Source of the DNA: Euprymna scolopes
Taxonomy: Eukaryota
DNA: 64,000 bases
Strand: one strand, 5' to 3'
NCBI GenBank assembly: GCA_053919585.1
Contig: CM132783.1
A program made the position numbers and the translations under genes. Below the pieces are notes generated by a model. It was not told the DNA's origin, did no database searches, and worked only from the letters and a program-made list of their open reading frames with translations. This document shows positions 1 through 11,632 of the stretch, in pieces. Position 1 is the first letter of the stretch. Every line of letters begins with the position of its first letter.

Positions 1-1415
1 ATATGGAATTCTAAGCGACATACACAATATGGGAATAAGAGAAAATATTTATACAAAACTTCCCGTCTCAAAGATATTACAAAGTATGACAAGGAAACAC
101 ACTATCAGATCAATACGAGCAAGAAGCAGGAGTGCCACAAGGTAGTATATTATCCACCACCTTATTCTTAATTAAAATAAATGAAATTACACACATTGTC
201 GACACACAATTTGAAAGATCATTATTTGTAGATGACTTTTCAATTGCATATTTTTCATTAAATATAACAATTGAAAGAAAGATGCAGCAATGCTTAAACA
301 AAATAGAAAACTGGATCGATAAAAATGGATTCAAGTTGGCACAAAACAAAACTGTCTGTATTCATTTCTGCAGAAAACAAAAATATCATCTAGACCCACA
401 ACTACAAATACAAGGAAACCCAATCCCAATAGCATAACACACGAAATTTCTAGGTATTACACTGGACAATAAACTTAATTTCAATATGCATATTACTAAC
501 TTAAAGCAAAAATTCCAAAAAGCAATGAAAATTTTAAAAGTAATATCAAAAACAGACTGGATAGCAGACCAAGACACAATGTTAAAAATATACCAGGCAC
601 ACATAAGGTCAAAATTAGATTATGGATACATCACATATAGCTCCACCCATAAATCCTATCTCCAAAAGTTAATACCCATACAAAATCAAGGATTAAGACT
701 CAGTCTGGGAGCATATCAAACATCACCCATGGAAAGCCTATACATAGAAGCCAATAAACCCCCTCTACATTTAAGATAGCAGAAATTAATAACACAATAC
801 GCAATAAAACTACAAAGTGATCCAAACAACCCAATACACGAAAAAACCTTCAACCTACAATATACACACTTTTACACCAGCAAACCAAAAAACATACCTT
901 CTTTCGGATATCGCATCAAAGAAATATTAACTCAAATTAACGAAAACCCTAATAACATAGTCACACACACAGTAAGCAACAAACCACCATGGACTTTGAA
1001 AGATCCAAGCACTGATCTGACTCTTACTAAATACCAAAAAAACAATACCAACAACTTAATAAATAAAAGCTCCTTCGGCAAACTCAGAGAAAAGTACCTA
1101 CAACACAAAGAAATATACACTGATGGAGCCAAAACAAAAAAGGAACAGGTGCGGCATGTACAGATGGAAAGAACCATCTCCAAATAAGACTTCCCATCGA
1201 TACATCAATATACACAGCAGAACTACAAGCAATCAAAATGGCACTTGAATTAATTAAGAACAACAATAAGAAAAAATTCATTATATATACCGATTCTTTG
1301 TCATGCATCTTAGCTCTAAAAGGAGAAGAACTAGAGCATCCTTATATATTAAATATAATGAACAAATACAATGAAATTATTGAAAAAGGTAAAGAAATAA
1401 TCTTAGCCTGGATAT

Positions 1416-1555
1416 TGTAATATCCCTAACCCCTCATCCCTTGAATGAACTCTTCCGTTAACTATAAAGGCTGCGTAATTAACGCTATTTGTGACTTGCT
1501 TTCTTTAGTGAATAAAACCTTTACAAAGGTATTCGGCTCTTCATTTTTCACTACA
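1416..1555 (+). repeat. 5' LTR of the Gypsy element
   Basis: Direct repeat of 5207-5346; TATAAA at 1463-1468, AATAAA at 1511. Confidence 0.96.
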
Positions 1556-1573
1556 ATTTTATTCACAAAAGAA

Positions 1574-4500
1574 ATAGACCAAGTACTTCGTCCCGAACGA
1601 TTCGACACCGAGTCTACAGCCTTCAATGCAGAAAAAAAGTACAAACACTGGAAACTCACGTTTATGAATTACTTACATACGGTTAACGGCACTGAAGAAA
1701 CTGGAAACACCCAAACTGACTTCTATGCTTTGATAAATAGCATATCGGCTGATGTATACGAAATAATCAGTGACACAAGCGACTATGCATCTGCCATGAG
1801 AGCTCTGGACGCGGCATACATCAGGCCTACTAATATCGTTTACAACCGACACCAACTTATTACCATGAAACAACAACCAGCGCAAACAGTGGATTCTTTC
1901 AGGCTACAGTTGGAAAACCTCGCTAAGACATGCAACTTCCAAGCCGTGAGTGCTGAAACAAATAAAAGCCAATATATGCGGGAGGCTTTTATTAGCGGTA
2001 TCTCCTCCTCCTCAATTCGGCAACAACTTCTCGAGAAATCCTCGCTAACTTTTCGGGAAGCATACGAGATGGCAAGATCTCTGGAACAAGCAGAAAAACA
2101 CTCTGCGTGTTACAACCAGGAGAGTGTGATTTCTGCGCCAATAATCGCTTCAGGAGAAAATACGAGTCTAGCTGCAACACAAAAAAAACGAGGCCAAAGG
2201 AAATTTGTTTTTCTGCAGGAATTCTTGTCATTCGCGTCGCCTTTGTCCAGCACGGGACTCGAACTGCAATAAGTGTTCAAAAAAAAAAGGACACTGGGCC
2301 AAAGTCTGCAAATCTTCCATGTCAGCGGTGTTAAATGAAGACACTGATTTCCCGAGTCTCGCATGTCTAGGAAGGAAAAAAGACATTACTTTTACTAAGT
2401 GTAAAATAAATAGATTCACTGTCCATGCCATGATAGATTCTGGTAGTGTGGGGACTTTCATTAACGACAATATTGCAAAAAAAATGAACCTCGAAATTAT
2501 TCCCAAACACAAAGAAATATCATTAGCCGACCCTAAAATGTGTGCGAAAATTGTGGGAGAAACTAAAGTCGATATCTCTCTAAATAATAATGTACACTCT
2601 AACATAATTGTGGAGGTCATTAAAAATTTATTTGTCGACTTAATCTTAGGAAAAGATATTCTCGGCAGATACAAGATGGTAACTTTCAAATTCGATGGAC
2701 TGGAGGAAGAACTTATTATCGGAGCAGTCACCAAGAATACCTTTTTTTCATCCATGAACGTTTCTCCTCCCCCATTATTTTCTCATCTCTCTACGAAAAC
2801 AACACCAATCAGCACTAAGTCACGTCGCCACACAATTGCTGATAGCAAATTTATAAGAGCAGAGACTGCAAAATTGTTGGAGGAAAACGTTATAGAACCC
2901 TCAATTTCACCTTGGCGAGCACAAGTTCTAGTACAAGTTCTAGTAACATTGAATGAAAACCGAAAAAAAAGAATGGTGATTGATTATAGCGACACAATCA
3001 ACAGATTTACTGAATTAGACGCTTATCCGATACCAAGTATATCAAAGATTGTCGAGGAAGTAGCCAGGTATAATGTTTTCACTACGCTTGATCTTAAATC
3101 AGCATACCATCAAATCCCCATCAGTAAAGAGGATCGTAAATTTACAGCATTCGAGGCGAATGGTAAATTATACCAGTTTACTCGCCTACCGTTCGGGGTT
3201 ACTAATGGAGTAAGTGCCTTCCAAAGGACCATTGACGGCATTGTCAGCAAAGAGCAATTAGTAGATACTTTTGTCTATGTGGATAATGTTACTATCTGTG
3301 GAAAAACCCAAAAAGAGCATGACTATAATCTTCAAAGATTTTATGAGGTTGCTAAACAGTACAACATCACGCTTAATAAAAAAAAAAGCATCGTTTCAGT
3401 CTCAACGATAACATTACTTGGGTACACTATCAAAAACAACCTGATATCACCCGACTAAGAACGTCTTAAACCTCTACTTGAGATGCCACCTCCTTTAAAT
3501 CTAAAATCACAAAGACGGATTATTGGGATGTTCTCCTACTACAGCAAATTTATCCAGAATTTTTCAGAGAAAATATTAGCACTAAACCGCAACAGAGAAT
3601 TCTCGTTATCTTCTGCGGCGTTGGACTCTTTTATAAGACTGAAAAACGACTTGAAAGATGCTATGCTGGTAACGGTTGATCCAGAAAAAGAATTTATAGT
3701 AGAAACAGATGCTAGTAACAACTGTATTGCAGTTACCCTTAATCAAGAGAATCGTCCGGTTGCATTCTATTCCAGAACACTAAGCCCTAGTGAAACGAAA
3801 CATCACGCGGTAGAAAAAGAAGCAGCTGCTATTGTTGAAGCACTACGTAAGTGGCGACATTTTCTCCTTGGTAAACACTTTACTGTAATTACGGACCAAA
3901 AAAGTATTAGCTTCATGTTTGATAATACCAGGAAATCAAAAATAAAAAATGACAAAATATGCCGTTGGCGCATTGAACTGTCACAATTTAAGTTTAGCAT
4001 CGTCTACCGTCCTGGTAGAGAAAATATTGTCGCTGATACGTTTTCCCGAATATCTGCTCTCACTTATTCCTTACAAGATCTTCGGGACCTACACTGTAAA
4101 TTATGCCATCCAGGCATTACCCGACTCTTCCATTTTTGCAAAGAAAGAAACTTTCCTTTCTCCCTCGATCAAATAAAAGGAGTAACTAATTCGTGCTCGT
4201 CTTGCCAGTATTTAAAACCCAAATTCTTCACCGGTAACGAGGGAACTCTCATAAAAACAATATTACCATTTCAGCAATTAAACATGGATTTCAAGGGCCT
4301 ACGTTCACACATGGTAACAAATACCTACTTACGATAATCGACGAATACTTGCGTTTTCCTTTTGCATTTCCATGTAAAGATATGACAAGCTCAACAATCA
4401 CACAATGCCTGAATCAACTATTTGCGATATTTGGTATGCCCGATATGATTCACACAGATAGAGCGAATGATTTTCTGTCGGAAGAAACGATCAATTACTT

Positions 4501-5088
4501 ACATGGGAAAGGCATTGCGACTTCGAAAACGAGTAGATATCACCCGGAAGGCAATGGTCAAATTGAGAAACTAAATGGCACACTATGGAAGGCCATACAA
4601 ATAACCTTACATTCTCGTAAAATGAGACTATCTTGCTGGGAAAATATTCTACCTGATGCTCTACATTCTATTCGATCATTGCTCTCTGCACAGCTACGAA
4701 TGCGACCCCTCATGATAGACTATTTAAGTACAGCCATAAATCCACTTCTGGTACTTCTATTCCCCTGTGGGCAAAACCAGGCCAAGTATACGTCAGAGAT
4801 CATATTAGGTCGAGTAAAAATGACCCCCCGGTTACACCTGTGACGTTACTGGAGATCAACCCTCATCATGCCCAAGTACGACTACCTTCAGGCATCGAAA
4901 CTACCGTCAACGTCTGAGATTTGGCTCCCAACACAATTAATGGAGACAACACATTAGAGAATGGTTGCATGCCACCTGTGAGTAAGCCAGGAAGTGAAAA
5001 CGAATGTATAATGCCAACCGAGTCGCTGCGTAGATCTGGCAGGATACTGAAATTTCCTGAGAAATACAAGGACTTCATTACTAAGTAA
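1574..5088 (+). pseudogene. Gypsy gag-pol, broken by frameshifts and a stop
   Basis: Gag LRPERFD and zinc knuckles (CNKCSKKKGHWAKVC); protease IDSGS; RT SPWRAQV, LDLKSAYHQ, LPFG, YVDN; RNase H ETDAS/EKEA; integrase HPGI..CSSC, IHTDR, GNGQIEK. Confidence 0.92.
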
Positions 5089-5206
5089 GGCACAAAAAAA
5101 AAGTTTAAATTATAGGCAAAAAAAAAAAAAAAAAGTTAGAGAAAAAAAATAATGAAAAAAAAAATATAAATAAAATAATAACAAAAAAAAAACTTGAAGG
5201 GGAAAG

Positions 5207-5346
5207 TGTAATATCCCTAACCCCTCATCCCTTGAATGAACTCTTCCGTTAACTATAAATGCTGCGTAATTAACGCTATTTGTGACTTGCTTTCTTTTGT
5301 GAATAAAACCTTTATGAAGGTATTCGGCTCTTCGTTTTTCACAACA
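5207..5346 (+). repeat. 3' LTR of the Gypsy element
   Basis: Direct repeat of 1416-1555, preceded by the polypurine tract. Confidence 0.96.
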
Positions 5347-7576
5347 GATACCAAGTTATGTTGGTATTCCAGGCAATGAAGAAATTGACAAATTGGCCAA
5401 AGAAGCCATTAGCAAAAATATAACAAACATCAAAATACCATACACAGATTTCGGCAGAAAAATAAGGGAATATAACAAAAATAAATGGCAAACAGAATGG
5501 GACACATATACCCAAAACAAACTACACGAGCACCAACCCATATTAAAACACAAAAACAAAACAACAATAAAAGGACGAAGAGAAAATATCGTTCTAAACA
5601 GAATCAGACATACCAAATTAACACACGCACACCTAATCGAAGCAACAGAAAAACCAAAATGCACTTTCTGCGACAAACAGATGACAATAAAACATTAACA
5701 GAATGTCAAAAATACGAAACTACCACAAATAAATATTATACAGTAAACGAAATCAAAGAATTGTTTCAGAAGGTAACACCACACCAAATCATCAAATACT
5801 TAAAAAAAATACAACTCTTCAAATCACTTTAAACCGTAAAAACTAAAAAATTTTAAAAACAAACTCTGACAATAATAATAAAAAAACAACAAAAACTATC
5901 TCAACTAAATACATAGCTTGGCACTAAATGGCCCACAGTGGTTGATATGCCGTGAGGCCCCAATAAACCAACCAACCTGTTGGCCATAAGTAGCGACCTG
6001 TAATACCATAAGGATGGACTCCTGGTGGTTGAGGGACTTGGAGGTCAGGTTTTAACACCCTCACTTCCCAACACACCACTTTGGCCTTTACTAGGCTAGG
6101 CTACTGGGCAGTCAGAAGGGCCCAATCCGATCAATCGGCTAGTCATGTCAAGCCCCGCCATATATAGCCCACTCCAAAAACCCACCATTAACACAACATG
6201 CTCATCCCTTTCCCACAAATAACACCTATTGTCTAATATATGGTGGAAAGCGGTGGCTGGGGGTCAATCGACTAAGTGAAAATATCTATGATATGGCTGC
6301 AAACCCTTTAAATTACTACATATCTCATAGTATCATCAAATGAAAACAGGTGCTCATGAAAGATATCACTAAAATTGAGTATATCATCCTTGTAGCCTTG
6401 TTGAGCCTGAATGGGTTATCCCTCAGGCACTTTCCATATAGGGCTTCGAGGTAGGTGGGGAACAACGATGATGAAAAAACAATCACGATTATGGTTTTTA
6501 TCCCCCCCCCCCCAAAAAAAAAGCTTTTCATATATTTCCAACATTTCAAGTTCAGAGGATGAACAGAAATGCTCAATCAAAGAAAACTCAACAATATTTT
6601 TAGTAATGGAAACACTTGAAAAAAATGAAATAAATAAAATTTCACCTTTTACAATGGAAAAAATTTTCTCAAAAAATAAAACCCAAAATGATAAAAAGAC
6701 TGCAAAACAACACCATACTTATCGAATTGAAACAAAAAACACAAGCTAAAGAAATTCTCAAATGGCAAACCTTTAACAATATCAAAATTAAAACTTATTC
6801 CCACCCATACCTAAACTCCTCAAAAGGAGTCATTAGATGCAGTGAACTATCAAATTGCTCGACTGAGGAAATATTATGTAATTTATCATCCCAAAGTGTT
6901 ACAGAAGTAAAAAGAATAAGCATAAAACGAAATGGAGAAACTATATTGACAAATACATATATACTCTCCTTTGACTCAACAAATCCCCCAAATGAGATTA
7001 AAATTGGATACCTAAAAGTAAACGGTGGAGAATACATCCCAAACCTTTAAGGTTCTACAATTATCAACAATTTGGACATCACCAATCCAAATGCACCAAA
7101 TCATCAATCTGTGTAAGATGTGGCGAAAACCCAAAGCATAGTGACTGCAAAAAAGACTAGAAATGCACAAACTGTAATGAAAATCATTCAGCTGATTTTG
7201 AAGGATGCAAAACATAGCTAAAAGAAAAAGAAATAACAACAATAAAGTACACAAAAAATATAACTTTCCCGGAAGCCAGAAAAAATTATGAACTCAGAAA
7301 GCTGAAATAAACACAAATCAAAGTAGTCAAAAATATACAAAACAACCTCCAGAAATAAAAACTGAAGAACTATCTCAATTGATAAGAGATAAAAGACCTA
7401 ATGAAATAAATCAAAACACTAATCCTGAGCACTGGAAATAATCAATAATCAATCTACAAAAGAAAGTATAACAAAAAAACACAACCAACAAACTAAAAAA
7501 CCCAAATTAAACCAAATAAAGAAAAAGAAAAAGCTCACCAAGTGAAAACAATCCTTATAAACAAACGAAATCAGAG

Positions 7577-7850
7577 TGAGTTCTTTTGGTTTTTCTGGGT
7601 TTTTTAATTATTAGATCCAGGTATAGTTGATTAGTTTTTCATCTTTCTTGCTTCCCACCCTCCTTGGAGCCCAAATGTGGCAAATGTAAGGGGGGAAACC
7701 CATTCGCTATTTCATCCCAAGGATACAAAAAAGATACTCAATCGGTTGAGTTTGTGCCATTGCTTCTCGATTTCTCCTTTAGTCTCAGTTTCCCAGTTTA
7801 ATAGAAACATTGGGTAGGGAACTGCTGTGTGGTGTTATCTCATTAAGTGA
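7577..7850 (-). mobile_element. Inverted fragment of a related LINE 5' UTR inserted in LINE B
   Basis: Reverse complement (gagtat..ttgtatcc..gaatgggtttccccc..gggctcc..gggtgggaagcaa) resembles 12100-12200. Confidence 0.6.
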
Positions 7851-10216
7851 CCAAAACCAAGTTCCAAAGAACAAAATAGAATCTGATCAACAAAAACTAC
7901 AAATAAACCAACGTGAAAGATCCAAGTCACAAACAAGGACAAAAGTAGACATTGAACACACAATATCAAGAAAGATGGAAGCAGAACAGGGAAACACAAA
8001 ATCCTCTTCCAAAAACCAAAATAAACAAAAAAACAGAAACAATATTAATTGAAAACGAAAATAAATTTGAATTAATCGAGATTGAGAAAGACACATAAGA
8101 CAGAGCAAATCAAAAAGCCTCAAACCAAAACCTAAAAAAAAACTTAGAAAGATTACTCAGCTGAGACACAGATACTAACAAGAGACACCCCGTCTACATC
8201 CAAAGAGATGAAGATAAATGAGAACTAAAAAAAGATAACTAAACCTGGAACACCCAATCAACAAACTAAAATACAAAACATGACACACAGAATCATACCG
8301 GACAGAAAAAAGGCAAATAATATAATCCACTGGAATTGTCATGGTTTAAAGGCAAACCTAAATCAGCTCACTATTCTACTCGGTAAATTACTCCCAGTAG
8401 TAGTCTGTCTCCAAGAAACCTTTATGAAATCGGATGACAATATAAAAATTAAAAACTACAATCAGTATAACTATATACACAATACTGGATTCAGAGCCTC
8501 TGGAGATACATCAATTCTTATTAAAAATGACATACCCCAAAGTTAAATACAACTTAATACTAAACTGCAGGCTACTGCAATAAAAGCAACACTCCACAAA
8601 ACCATCAACATTTGCTCACTATACATACCCCCTAATGAAAGCATCATAGAAACAAATTTGAGCAAACTAATACAGCAACTTCCAAAGCCATACATCCTTA
8701 TGGGAGACTTAAACAGCTATAATGAAATATGGGGACGTGAAAAAACAAGCAAAGGGGGAAAAACTACAGAAAATATAATGAATAACGAAAACCTATATCT
8801 CTTTAATGATAAAACACACATTTATTTACACCTAGGAACTGGTACATTCACATTAATTGATTTAACATTATATGATCCAACACTTGCCTTGGATTACAAA
8901 TGGAATGTACTAGAAGATTCATATGGAAGTGACCACTTTCCCATTACACTTGAAAACAATGATCCAATGCTCGAAAACAAAATACCCCAATGGAACTCAC
9001 AGAAGGCTGATTGGAAAAAAATTCCAAAATTTATGCCGGACTAAACTAACATCGGATAATAATCCAAACCAAAATAATATCACATATTTTACTAATAGAC
9101 TCAATAATATTACTAAGGAATGCATTCCAAAAGCTCTACCTCTCCAAAACATAATAAACCCTGGTTTGACGAAAACTGCAAAGTAGCCATCAGAAATCGT
9201 CAAGCTATACTAAGGAAATTCAAAAAAGAACCAACTAAAAAAAATCTTGATAAATATAAAAACAGTAGAGTTAAAGCTCACAAAACCATTAAAGAATCGA
9301 AGCGAACATCATGGAAAAACTATGTGACAAAAATAAATACAAATACAAAAAGTAAAAAGGTCTGGGACATGATCCGAAAAATCTCAGGGAAAAGTAACAT
9401 CAACCCTACTAAACACCTGATCTATAATAACCAAAAAATTACTAACAAAAAAGAAATGGTAGATTGTCTTGCTGAAACTTTTGCAAAAAACTCCTCCTCC
9501 AAAAACTCTAACAAAAAATTCCAAATTATTAAGGAAAAGCGGAAAAGGAAAAACTCCAGTTTCAGACAAATAGACAGAAAAATACCAGCCATTCTCTAAA
9601 AATGAATAGAAAGTATCCCTAAGCAAACGTCATGACTCAGCTGTTGGCCCTGATCAAATCCACTATCAAGTTATAAAACAACTTCCTAATATGTCGACAG
9701 ATTACCTACTACAAATATTTAATGATATTTGGGAAAGCGGCAACGTCCCTGAAATATGGAGGCAGGCCATTGTAATCCCTATACCTAAATCATCAAAGGA
9801 CTCTACAAATCCCATAAATTACCGACCATAGCACTCACTAGCTGTATTTCCAAAATAATGGAAAGAATGATTAACAGCAGATTAGTATGGTACCTTGAGA
9901 CAAATAATCTGATTACAGATTATCAGTCAGGATTTAGGAATGAAAGAAACCCCATGGACCACCTGATTCAGCAAAAAACCTTCATCAGAGAAACCTTTAT
10001 CAAGAAAGAACTTCTAACAGCAGTCTTTTTCAATATTGAAAAAGCATACAACTCAGCTTGGAGGCATGGCATTATAAAAGATTGACAAGAGCTAGAATTA
10101 AAAGGCAGAATGTCCATTTTTATCACAAATTTTATAAATGATAGACAATTTAATGTACGATTAGGTGATATCTTATCCATCAGTAAAAAACAAGAAACAG
10201 GGGTACCACAAGGAAG

Positions 10217-10582
10217 TGTACTGACCAAAGATTTAGGTCAGAAAACCAAAACCACTACTACCATCCTCTTAAGCACTATTTTAAACCTTCCTCTTCCCTA
10301 CAGTGTAAAAAAACAATTCTCACTCTTCCTTACACCTAGTTACCCTGCTTACTGACTCCTCCCCTACCAGCCTGCTGCTACCATCCAAGTAGAGCATGCT
10401 GGTGCCTTTTCAATGAGAACGAGGCAGAGTTCACTGAGTTGACGTCCAGTACACACGTGTTTTGACGACTGGTATACTCATGTCATCTTACCATGTTTGC
10501 AGTGTTAACAGAAAATAAAATAATCCTTCAAATTAGTATTTGTGTTGTGTCTTATTCAAACGAGATAACAGCAAATATTACA
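10217..10582 (+). mobile_element. Solo LTR (366 bp) inserted in the RT of LINE B
   Basis: TGTA..TACA termini, 4-bp TSD GAAG (10213-10216 and 10583-10586), internal AATAAA; removing it restores GVPQGSILSVTLF. Confidence 0.85.
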
Positions 10583-11632
10583 GAAGCATCTTATCTGTCA
10601 CTCTTTTTAGTATTAAATTAAATAACATCATTAAAAATATAAATGTAGGAACAGAATGTGCCCTCTATGTAGATGATTTCCTGATATGCTTTCGATCAAA
10701 ATATATTCCAAGAATAGAACGCTATTTACAACTTTGTCTAAACAAAAATGAATGGACAACAAAAAATGCGTTTGAATTCTCCAAAGAAAAAACAAAAGCC
10801 ATCCATTTCTGCCAAATCCGGAAAATGCACCATGACCCAATATTTAAACTGGACAATGAAATTATATCTGTAGTTGATCAATATAAATATTTGGGCATCA
10901 TATTTGATAAAAAGCTAACATTCAATCCTCATATTAAATACCTCAAACAAAAATGCAACAAAGCCATCCAACTCTTAAAGTAGTAGCTCACACAGACTGG
11001 GGCACAGATAAAGACTCAATAATTAAATTATACAGATCCCTTGTCAGATCTAAGTTGGATTATGGATGCTATATCTATGGATCCGCACGAAAGTCTTTCG
11101 TAAAGGAATTAGACACAATACATCACCAAGGATTAAGATTGGCTCTAGGAGCCTTCCCCACCTCTCCAGTGTCAAGCTTATATGTAGAAACAGACGAACC
11201 GTCATTGTCACTTAGAAGAGAAAAACTAGGACTACAATATTATACTTAATTATCTTAAAACAAAAACCAATTCAGTCATATATCAGGAAAAATTCCAAAT
11301 AATTAAACTGGTGCAACCAGATCAGGCTGTCAGATGATGACTCCCTGACACAAATGCACCTACGTTAACACCTTTCTGTTTTTGTTTTTTTCCTTGTTAA
11401 TTTTTGCACAACTAACGCATGTTCTGCAAAACCCAAAACAAAAACAGCCCCCTCCCCTTTCTCCCCCATCCCTTTTTTTTTTCTCTCTCACCCCCACTTC
11501 CTTACTGGCTTCCTAATTAAAACATACCAACCTAAGTAATAAAAACAACCAAACTATAATCTAGAAATAATTTTTTAAAAAGACAAACAACTTGAAGCAC
11601 TAAAAGTTTTTTCCTATCAATCAATCACACTA

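Larger units (their letters stand above)
1416..5346 (+). mobile_element. Full-length Gypsy/Ty3 LTR retrotransposon with 140-bp LTRs, mildly decayed
   Basis: TG..CA LTRs at 1416-1555 and 5207-5346 (6 differences in 140 bp); TSD gatat/gatac; PPT gaaggggaaag at 5196-5206; domain order gag-PR-RT-RH-IN. Confidence 0.96.
1..5977 (+). mobile_element. I-group non-LTR retrotransposon (LINE A), 3' part: decayed RT, RNase H and C-terminal zinc finger; interrupted by a Gypsy at 1416-5346
   Basis: Fragmented ORFs with PQGSILS, LFVDDF, RSKLDYG, RNase H IYTDG/YTAEL/YTDSLS, AWI|PSYVGIPGNE split by the Gypsy, CTFCD zinc finger; 3' stem-loop at 5920-5951 and (ACCA)n tail. Confidence 0.92.
5975..11627 (+). mobile_element. 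I-group LINE B: 5' UTR, zinc-knuckle ORF1, APE-RT ORF2; RNase H region deleted; carries two insertions
   Basis: 5' UTR homologous to 11700-12240; ORF1 NSSKGVIRC/TNTYIL; APE HWNCHGL, CLQETF, GDLNS, GSDHFPI; RT GVPQGS, YVDDF; degenerate tail with (TCAA)n at about 11597-11627. Confidence 0.9.

Noticed and set aside
1445-1573. ORF track start for gag at 1445
   Set aside because: It lies inside the 5' LTR upstream of the TATA box; the gag-like sequence starts at 1574 (ATA, probably a mutated ATG).
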